DNA of 64,000 bases from Octopus vulgaris (Eukaryota), in assembly GCA_951406725.2 (NCBI GenBank), contig OX597820.1, positions 92,194,001 through 92,258,000 of the forward strand. The letters run 5' to 3'. The first letter of the stretch is position 1, and every line of letters starts with the position of its first letter. Under the pieces are notes generated by a model. It saw nothing but the letters and a program-made list of their open reading frames with translations, was not told the origin of the DNA and did not search any database. A program made the position numbers and the translations under genes. Shown here in pieces: positions 53,409-64,000 of the stretch.

Positions 53409-54706
53409 CATGAATGTATATATATATATATACGTATATATACTCATATACAAATACACACACATAAAAATGTGCATATGTGTATATAAAGACATATATA
53501 TGTATACGTACCTATATGACAGATAAATATGCATATGTATATATGCGTATATAATACATATATATGCACATATACGCATATATATATGTACACAAGAAAA
53601 GTTGTTTCGATTATAGAATTATCACTATAATTGCGTATATTATAATTTTATTATTGCGATGCTCATGGTATATTTAAAATCTTGTGTTTCATAGTCTTAT
53701 GTATACTTTTTACACTGCCACCGGCGCTTCATTCATTATCTATTACGAGTGTAGTCACATACTTTGTGGCTTATGCTTTATCTTAGGTTACAACTTAGGT
53801 AGATATTTCGTGTGTGTATTAATCTAATGAACCGAAATTTCTAAAGTGGTGTGTGGCAACTATATTAGTATCAGTAATAAGAAATGAGGTCTCACCTCAC
53901 TTCACCTTTTGCCAGTTTTATCTGCAACGGACGGTCATTATGTATTGACTGCCTAAAAATATAAACAAATCACTTTCATGCACTAGGTAATGAAAACAAT
54001 GTGATATTAAACTTAATCTATAGCACATCAGCGTGAATGGTATAGACATTGTTACTTACAGTGCGAAATACGAACAGGTTCTAGCCGTTTATGTGACACT
54101 TAATATATGTCGGATGGAGTCTTTAGGGAGACTGAGCTCTGAATGACATTCGAAGAGCACTCCATGGTCTGAAGTCATACTCCGTATTTTCGAAGCGCAC
54201 AATGCTTAACTGATTCCCATGCAAAAGCTAAAACAGATTTATTCTCAGAAGAGCTTTAAAAAAGAATAATATATGAAGAGAGAGCGACAGAGGGAATGGG
54301 TTTTACAGAACAGCAACGACAGCAACGGGTCATGGAAACTGCGCTTACTCAAGACTGAAGCCTAAAAATTCGAAGGGTTCCGGTAGTAGTTGATACAGCG
54401 CATGGTTTTTTCGTGACGGAGGGAACTAAACTGAAGATAAATCGCAGATCGTCGCTTAGTGAAAAAAAAGAAAGCAAGTAAGAATCAGCATGAACTCTGG
54501 AAGCCGTATAGGAAACTAGAATTTGAATCATCAGTTTATAGGGATTCGCTTAAGTTCCCTTTGGAAAGAAAGACAATCACGTTGGACCAAACTGATATTC
54601 GTGTTTCATCTTGAGCTGAGATACATATGCTCGAAACATTTGAAAGATGAGCGCTTGCAAAATACGGCATTGACTCTTAGCATCTACAATATATATATAT
54701 ATAATG

Positions 54707-54975
54707 AAGGTGTGTGGCTGTATGGTTAGGGGTATTTGGCTGAAGATCACAAGGTTGTGAGTTCATTACTAGACAGTCGGTGTGTCCTTGAGCAAAGCAC
54801 TTTATTTTACGTTGTTCCAGTCCGCTCAGCTGGCAAAAATAGGTATTGCATGTAATTCAGCGGGCCTTGTCATATTCTGTGTCACGCTGAGTCTCCTTGA
54901 TTGTGCTCAGTCAATTGCATGGTAACTCCACGAGCAAGCTGTTCCATTTATCTGATCAACTGGAACACTCGTAGT
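54707..54975 (+). mobile_element. SINE family C variant
   Basis: TGGCTGTATGG A box, GAGTTCATT B box and GTGTCCTTGAGCAAAGCACTT core. Confidence 0.75.
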
Positions 54976-55033
54976 CATTTAAAGTTATTGTCCATATATA
55001 CAACTCTCTCACTTTATATGTATATACGCACAA

Positions 55034-55100
<67 letters not shown>

Positions 55101-58100
55101 CATAGGTGTCTATCACGTCGGCAATGTCCTTACTAATTTATTAAATTCGTATACATCTGCAGATACATAACAAATATACACACATATGCACGTTCATGCA
55201 CATATTGGACCATAAAATTCAGTCAGGCAAAATAAATTTGCGTCGCCTAAAAGATTTGTCAGGGAGTGGAGAAGGCTTGTAGTTCGGAGAACTAAATTCT
55301 TGGGTAAATATGTAGGGAATAGGGAGCAGATGAGTGTATAAATTGCAGATTGTCGTGATGAAGATGACAAGGTGCACACTGTGTTAGAGCTGTTGCAACT
55401 CAGAGAAGAATTTTGATAAATTATAGGTGTTGTTGGTGACAATATTGTTGTCTGCACGATTCGACCTTGGATATTGTCCGCACGCTTGTGTTTCCTCTTG
55501 CTTTTCGAACTTGTCTTCTTTCTTCATACTTTCTCATCTTTTTCATTTTTTCCTCCATTTTTGCAATAAAACTGTTGTTCTAGTATTTTATCTCGCCACG
55601 TCTATCTTCTTTGATTTGATTTTTTCATTCCTCCGTAACTTTACCCCTACAAGTGCAACATTTATGAATGTTTTTATATATTTAACTCTGATAGTACGTG
55701 CATACGAGTATATGTCATCTCCGAAAATGTGTATAATCCCACCCTCTCCAACACTACACTTTATGACATATGTATATAAATTATTCTCTATTCTCTCGCT
55801 ATGTATCTATACATCTACTTCTTTCTCTATTTTAGTAGACACCACTTTCACTAGTCCTTCACGAAGACCTCGGGCGCGTGTGAATATATGTTTTCAGAAT
55901 AATCACAGTTCTAGATTAAAATCTTAGCTCCCAAGCATGTTTTGTTCTAAATATACTGACACTGTCTCTTTGAGCCTGTCACCTCTTTATCATTTACACA
56001 TATACCCGCGCGCCAACACACACACGCACGTACACACATATAAATATATACATTTATAAATATATAACTTGTATTACTTTGCTAGATGTTCACAATTAAA
56101 AGAAGAGGTAGAAAAGCAATATTATATGTATTACATTAGTTTATACTTTTATTCATATTAATTATTTCAAATGATTGTACAGACTTATTCTTAGATGATA
56201 TTAATGTATAAATACGAATGATGGACTTGGGAAACAATGATATTTTTGCTGCAGTATTTATACAAATATTAACACACAATTCACAAGAGAAATAAAATGA
56301 CGTTACATTGAAAAAAATGTAATATACCTGTGCCCATGATGCACCATACTTTCATATAAAAAATTAAAAGAAAGACATCTAATTAATTATCGAACGCAAA
56401 ATTACATGGAAGACAAACGATATTGTACTAAACATCCTAAGCAAAGACTGACTCTAATTACTTATCCTATACTAAAGAGTAATTTACTTTTTTATCCAAT
56501 AAAAATATCACCAATAACATTTCGTAGTGTGAGATACACTAAAGCTTGTAAAGCACAAAATCTTGCCTTGATTAGACCAGAAATGCTGCTGAAATTATAT
56601 GGTTTCCAAACACTTCATCAGCTCAATTACCATTACATTATCATGATCAATATACATTGTAGATATGTATGAATTGTTGGAAATAGAACGAAGTACAATG
56701 GCTTCATGATTATATTTTACTAATAAAAAAATAAAACACCAAACATAAACATAATGGTGAAAAATTATGTTCTGTATTTAATCGGTGTCTAAGAATGAAA
56801 ATAAACTGCAATTCGTAACTTGTAGAAATATAAGATGCTTGTTCATTGTGTATACAACATATTTTCTCACAAAAAATATACAAATACATCATTGGCTGCA
56901 CCAAAACATGAAACGTGACAAGAAAACTAATAGAAATTATGAATCTGATACAAGATATAATTATCTAATGAATGTATTTGGCGTGAATATCAACAGTGGT
57001 TATGTTACCCAACAACTGAAATTTGTAATGATATTAAGAGTGGTGAGTTCTTTTCTTCCTTCGTATCTCTCATTATATTGTTCAATTTTGGCCACTCTTT
57101 CGTGAGTGGTCTATACCGTCGGTTCATATTAATTCTTAATAATAAGCAAATTATAAATCTTTGAAGATTTACATATAACATAGAATACAGACATTTTGTT
57201 GGCTCGTTTCAGAAGTTCTCACCGTACAGAAAGCACAACAGGGTTTAAGAGCTTACTCTATTAATTTATATCATTGTTTAAAGCAATTCATTTTCCAGAA
57301 TAAACCGCGAAAGTATCCTTTCTAAAATTGCAGTTACTATTCTAACTACAATACCAGTTAAGAAAAGAAATTACAGAAATAATTGTTAAGTGTTATAATA
57401 TTTTTATCAAAAATATGATAAAACACATTAAATACATTTCAAGAATTGTATATTCATTTTTCTTCTATTTGTTCTGAAGGGAATTTTTCATCAAATTCAA
57501 ATTATGTTATCTCCATTTAAAGTTCCCGAAAGGAAAATATATAAGTTAAAAAAATGTTAAATATAAAAAAATATAAACGGAATTTAATTGTAAAGCTTCT
57601 GGCAACAACATTACGAGAGAACGAAGCATTGTCCTAGACACTTAACTGTCCGATTTGAAAATAAAATAGCAGAAAAGCAATTCCTTAAAGATTCTTTTGG
57701 AAAATAAATAAAAGTAAGAAACAGGAGTTAAAGCAAATGAAACATTTATCGAGGATATGGAAGAGAAAAAGGTAATTTTAAATAGTCAACGTTTTAGCGT
57801 ATTAATGACGGGACAAGAATACATATAATGTATATGGTGTAGTGTGATGTAATGGTAGTTTCCAGGAATTATGACAATAATGAATAGTTAGATAGCATAC
57901 TATCGCCAAATGAGATATTCGAGATATATTTATCTATATATATACATACATACATATATACATAACACATACATACGTACATACATACATACAAACATAT
58001 ATATGTTCGAAATGAGTGTTTTATAGTTTGGCAAAATCAAATGTGGGATTCAACTAATGAGCAAACCCATCTCTGCAGAAATTCTATTTGAAAGACAAAA

Positions 58101-58359
58101 GTATATAGCGATCAAAAGCTGGATGTGATAACGGAAATTCTTGAAGTCAAATTTAGAACCCTTTCACAAATAATCACTGGTCATTATTAAACATATATTG
58201 TACACAATATATACTAACGTTGGATATCTCAAATATTGGAAAACATCTTTTATCAGATCAATATAGTTAAAATATTTGATTTTTACACTCGAAGTAGATT
58301 GACATTTACTATTTACGGATAATAATCTTTGTAGTTCAATGCAGGATTTTTTATTCGTT

Positions 58360-59025
58360 ATCTTTTATATGTCTCAGTCATTAGACTTTGACCATACAGG
58401 AGCATTGCAGTGAAGAATTTTTAGCCAAATGAATCGACTCCAGTACTTAATTTTTTCCTTAGCCCGGTACTATTCTATCGGTCACTTTTGCCGAATTGCT
58501 AAGTTACAGTTATGTAAATACACCAACACCAATCGTGAATCAGTGGCAGGACACACACACACATATATATACGACGTGATTCCTCTAGTTTCCTTCTACG
58601 AAATCCACCCACAAGGCATTGATCAGCCCAAGGCTATCGTAAAAGACACTTGCCTAATGTGCCACTTGCTTAAGGTATCACACCTGCACATAAAAATATG
58701 TGCCAACAACCGGATGCCGAAATCCATGATAGTCAATGATAGTCAACATTTCTATATGTTGTGAAATAAGTAAACTGGGGATTAACTATAACTGAAACAG
58801 ACCCTGACTAATCGTTGTTTAGTTTCTACAAACATCAAGTTTTAGTATATGTATATATACGACGGGTTTCTTTTAGTTTCCGCCTACCAAATTCACTCAC
58901 AAATCCTTTGGTTGACCCGAGTCTGTAGTAGGAGGCACTTGCACAACATGCCACGCAGTGAGGCTGAACTCTGAACCATGTGGTTGAGAATCAAGATTCT
59001 TACCGCACAGTCACTCTTGCGTCTA
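58360..59025 (-). mobile_element. SINE family B, diverged, in two segments
   Basis: Tail at 58360-58660 and head at 58850-59025. Confidence 0.75.
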
Positions 59026-61549
59026 TGCATTATGTAGAATTAGTTTCTTTTTTTTAAAAACTGTTTAACTCTTACAGAGTTATATATTACTTATGACTCG
59101 AATAAGGATAAATAAGCTAATGAGCCTACAATAAAATCACTTTAAAGCAATTTCTTCTCATCTAATGTCTGGTCGACATATATTACTGGTGTCTTCCCGT
59201 CTCAAATATTAATATTAGAACAATAGATATTCTTAGTTTAACAAATTTATGTTAATAGACAGAAAGAAGCCATATATAATTCTGTAATTATTGTAACACA
59301 TTTCCCTGTTTAAGAAAAGAATAAATGTGCATAAACCAATGTGTGTTTCAATACATGAAAATCAGCTTATGATGTGAAGAACCAACTGCTTTACACATGA
59401 TAATTCATTGCTTCCGTTCAACATTATTTATACGCATTTCTTTATTAATTTACCAAAGGACTAATACATAATAGCCAGTGGTTTTAAATGTAGTTGATAC
59501 GTTTGATTAGTTATGATACAAATTTCGGTCCGAATCGAAAATTTGAGCATTTTCATGAAATATTAATATTCATAAGGAAAATTAAGCTGTGATATAATCA
59601 ATTTTGACAAAGGAATAAGTCCTTCCAGACTTTGAAGCCAAATTAGAGGCAACGGTATTAAATTGTGTTGCACTAAAATCTCTGTCATTAGAGAAAGTAA
59701 ATTTTTTTCTGTCTCTGTTGATCATATCTCGTGAGTGCACAAGTCTTTATTACTCGATTATTAGTAATTCTCTTCAACATAATGATTCCTATTTAAAACA
59801 TAGTGTAATACACGAAGCTATCAAAAATTTTCATCAAGCTATTTTGGGGGCATTAATCTACGGAAAACGTGCAACATAATTTTGCAAACCACACGACACA
59901 TGTGTTTGATATTAACATTAAACTTTGTTATAATTTTTAATTCTTAATTTTTACTGACTTGAAACACAAAATTGACGAAATGAAGATACGATACATAAAT
60001 GAAAGGCATTTCAAGTGGTTCTGAAGATAAAATTGAGGAAACAACTAATCTGAAACTTAAATTTTAATTACGAGGGAGATATCGTAAATCAGTGAATCGA
60101 CAAAGTCTAATAAATGTGAATACACTTCTGCATATATTCTGTATTTTTGTTTATACAACAAACCATTGATAGCTTTCTATACCTACTTGTAACGTTATGC
60201 CTAACAAATCTCTCTCTCTCCTCTTCCTATACTGCGTATGCACACGAAAAAGAGAGAGATGTGAGGAGAAAGACAGTGAATTGTCTACGAATCAATATGT
60301 ATTTCCTTCTCTTCATCAAATGATATTTTCTCTGAATTGCTTTGAATATACATTCGTTTTAAGGAAGCCTTCCTAACTCCAACAGCAAATTATCTCTTCA
60401 AACGAATTTAAACAGGCCTTTTCAAACGAACCTCGATTTCGTCGTGCACAATAGGAATTATGGATTCACTATTAACAGTCGTAAATGTAAATGAAAGAAA
60501 AATTGTGATACTGAGCCTGTCTACTCTTTGACAGCAAAGGAGTAATTCGGACCTCATTTAACTTTTCAAAAGTCTTCAAAATGTTTATCTACATTCTTTG
60601 AAAAGAAACGTTTAGGCCTTTCATACAAATTAAAGTGTCAGTCGAATAATCGAGCATTTGGTTGGAATTCTCTGTCGCTTCGGCACACCGCCTTAAAATA
60701 TTTCGTTTTCTTTACATTTCAAAGAAATGTGTAAAGGATTTACTGCTTAGTCATCAATAATCATCAGTCTGGAAGAGAATAAAACCTGGATACTCATTGT
60801 TCAAATCTTGCCAAAATATTTGAAAGAGCAATGGTTCAAAGCGGGTCCATCCCTGATCCAGTTGGTAGCCTTCACATAAGCATGAAGAAAATTCCTACAG
60901 TAACGAAGGAATGATTTTCATACCAAAGCATACTGATGAAGAGAGTAATAGATAAATTGCAAATCTAGAATCCATTCGTATTGCTTCAGAGAAAATAGGA
61001 TTATATCCAACCACTGCAAATACCGAAGTCAGAACACACAAAACACCAGAGCCTTATATATTTAAAGAATTTCTCCTATATCACTCTCTTGCCGTTGAGC
61101 GTGTTTTGATATCTTAACAAATCATGAAAGGATTTGTTTCAGAGAACTGTCATTGATATATCTTAATACTGACACGAATTTGTTACAACAGGACATAACA
61201 ATTAACTTAGGAAAATAAATGTTTTCAATGGACGAGTTCTTATAGCTGAAATGGTTTGTTACAAATTATCTTCATTTAAATATGGTTCTGTTTTTAATTA
61301 CAATGTTTGGGCGGGACACTTACTTTAATATTCTATAGCTGCCCTTTCCAATGTCTAATGATTGAAGGAATGTGTAACTGAATGGCATTTGGCTCCTTAT
61401 AAACCACACTATATTAAGAAAATAGTAATAGGTTTTTAAATGAGCATTTTTCAGTATCAGTTACCCGACCTCAAGCCACTCAATATCAATTGTGCCATGC
61501 TTGACCTTTAAATCGATTTCAGTTCGGAAACACAAATGATGTATATATG

Positions 61550-61685
61550 TAAGAAACTTGCTTCCAAACCACATGGTTCCGGACTTAGTCACACTGCGTG
61601 GTACTTTGGACAGATTTTTTCTATTAAAGTCTCACGCCAACCAAACTTGTAAGTAGATTTGGTAGGGAGGAATCTGAAAAACCGT

Positions 61686-61690
<5 letters not shown>
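61550..61690 (+). mobile_element. SINE family B head
   Basis: GTAAGAAACTTGCTTCCAAACCACATGGTTCCGG. Confidence 0.8.
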
Positions 61691-61752
<62 letters not shown>

Positions 61753-61899
61753 AAAATATAAATTACACGTGTAAATGTAAGGGGAAAGTAAAAAGATAGA
61801 CAAGCGAAAATGCGCATTGGAAATCAAAAAGTGTAAAGGCTTTTTATGAAAAGTAACAATAGATGTATACAATTAGATGAACTAAGGCAAAAATACAAG

Positions 61900-62980
61900 T
61901 AATAAAAGTAATTATTGTGAATTGTTAAAGAGATTCAAAAGCATAACGATTTCGTAAAATTTCAAATCATTGCTTTGAATGTACACCGATTACTGGACGG
62001 TGTCAGGTCTACTAGTCCCTGAGTAAAAAGATTACGTGTAAGGGAGGTAATTAGTTCTCGATTTGGTGCCATTAGGGTAGATATAGATCTGTAATGTGAA
62101 TGGTGTATGAGATGTATGGTGGTTAGTGGTATTAAGTGATAGGTTAGTAGTGTTCTGTATTATGCTATGTGTTTATATTGAGTTGTGGAAGATATTTATT
62201 GATTAAAGTTGCCTCTTTATTCATTCTTTGTTGTAATGGGGTGTTCTGTGAACATTGATATAAGGGGAAAATTAGGAAATTAGGATTAAGATTCCTAGAA
62301 CACCTTTCTATGTGTTCACTGACCTGTATCTGTCCGTATTGTGGGTGGCGGAGTTGTTCTTCGTGGAGAATGTTTCTTCGACAGAGTAATATTCCTGTTT
62401 GGCCAATATAATTTTTAACACACCCTAAGTATGTTATAGCATATATTAGATTTTCTGAGGTGCAGGTGAAATTTGATTTAATCTTAAATATTTCACCTTG
62501 TTTAAAGTGGAACTCTGAACCCTCCAAAATGTGGGGGCATGTACCACAGTTAGGTCGACCACATTTTTTCACTTTTGGGTCTGTTGTTAATGGATATAGT
62601 CTTGCGCTGGTAAATATTTTTTCAATGATTTAGCTTGCATTTTGGTTTTGATAATTTTGTGTGAGCCTAAAATTTTGTTCATTGTTTTATCTCCTGTAAG
62701 GATGGTTAGATTTTAGACGATAATGTTGAAGGCTTCGTTGTTTCTAAGGTTATGTGTGGAGATGTATGGGAGTATTTTAAAGTCTGGTTTAGTATTTCGT
62801 TTGACTTTCCTTAATGTTCGTATATCTATTTCCTTAGCTCGTATAATGCCATCATTTAGTAAGGATATTGGGTAATATCTTTTGATTAGTATTAATCTGA
62901 GTTCAAGGAGTCTTCGTTCACGAGTTTAGGTGGCCGAAACTGTGGTACAGATTATTTTCGCTAGATTATAAGCAGATCAA
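61900..62980 (-). mobile_element. Neptune-type Penelope-like element, 3' part
   Basis: ORF 62165-62572 has the Cys linker CGRPNCGTC..FTCTSENLIYAI..YIGQT (GIY-YIG) ..KE..I..Y.PQLN. A decayed hammerhead remnant lies at about 61991-62025. Confidence 0.9.
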
Positions 62981-62985
62981 ATGTA

Positions 62986-63179
62986 CGAGAGGGTGTTGAA
63001 AAGTTCCTGGCGTGGGGTGCTTCGCTGGAGATAAAATATTTCGAGATCTTTTACAGGAATTAGGAAAACAGGAGGGACATTCTGAATCTGAGAGGGGAAT
63101 ATCTTGAATAAAATCATAATTAACCGATCCTCGTGTATTTTCTTTTACCCAATGTCAGAAAGGTTTCTGCACTCCCTCG
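62986..63179 (+). mobile_element. Mariner-derived MITE
   Basis: TA-CGAGAGGGTGTTGAAAAGTTCCTGGC at the left and imperfect inverted GTCAGAAAGGTTTCTGCACTCCCTCG at the right. Retains the transposase tail NLRGEYLE*. Confidence 0.8.
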
Positions 63180-64000
63180 TTGAACTTAATGTATACACCA
63201 CACAAATACATATGATCAGACTCACGTTCAATGTTTATATCACATTTTCACTTGTTATACACATAAATAAATTCTATGCCACAAAAGGCTTACACCTTCC
63301 ATGAACATCATGCCCGCATTTACCAATACGTCGTTCAACTGAGACACTCTTTTCCTAAGCTGACCTTGGTCCACTCACGAACTTTTATTTTCGATCTCTC
63401 ATTTTTTCATTTTCTCTCTCACTTTCTCTTTCCTTCTCTTAGGTAAACTTCATCCTTTTCTAAACGTAAAGATATGATGACTCTGAAGTCATAAGAGCTA
63501 ATTCACATCCATGGAGAGAAATATACTCACCAACACATAAACTGTTATTGGAACCATCATAAATATTTCGTTCATTCATTCTATTCTTGAATTAATTTCG
63601 TCGAAACTCAACCGACCTGGTGAGACCTTTTAATATTATGAACGCAAACATTATGATTAATAGGCCAACATTATTCCTTCGTTTCCTACTTTCTCCTCCT
63701 GCTATTTCACCTATTCATCTAATAGTAGTAAAAACCTTCATTTCATTTCCTTGCATTTTACTGTAAATTTCCATTGCAAAATCTTTCACTGCATTGTTGC
63801 AACTTAGTAGATTTTTCGATACGATGCAAATCAATTCAAGGATAGTGCTTCAAAAGCAATCCTATTTAGTAGTATATCGTTTTGCATCAGTAGATTTAGC
63901 TAAATCATTTAAGATATTAATAAATATACAGGAAGTAAAGCAACTAGTGCAAAACAATTTTACCCTTGAACTAAAATTTACGCTGTTTCCACCGTGTATG

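Overview
AT-rich, microsatellite-dense animal DNA, intergenic or intronic. The SINE repertoire, recognised from memory, points to an octopus or another coleoid cephalopod. No host gene is confidently identifiable, and nearly all listed ORFs are microsatellite or repeat artefacts. The window is a mosaic of mobile elements. These are three tRNA-derived SINE families, R4/Dong-type RLE LINE fragments in (TAA)n tracts, and three kinds of Penelope-like elements (Poseidon-, Neptune- and Naiad-like). There is also a near-intact DD34D mariner nested in a Penelope ORF, a fold-back mariner, an IS630/Tc1 element and Helitron-like repeats. The most interesting signal is a set of non-coding, (TA)n-embedded elements that share a conserved motif, several carrying minimal hammerhead ribozymes. 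The cleanest (26695-27345) is a 560-bp monomer plus about 90 bp of terminal redundancy with an intact hammerhead core, as expected for a retrozyme-like circular RNA or a non-autonomous Penelope element. Also notable is a Poseidon-like terminal repeat that combines a tRNA-like Pol III head, a microsatellite and a hammerhead.
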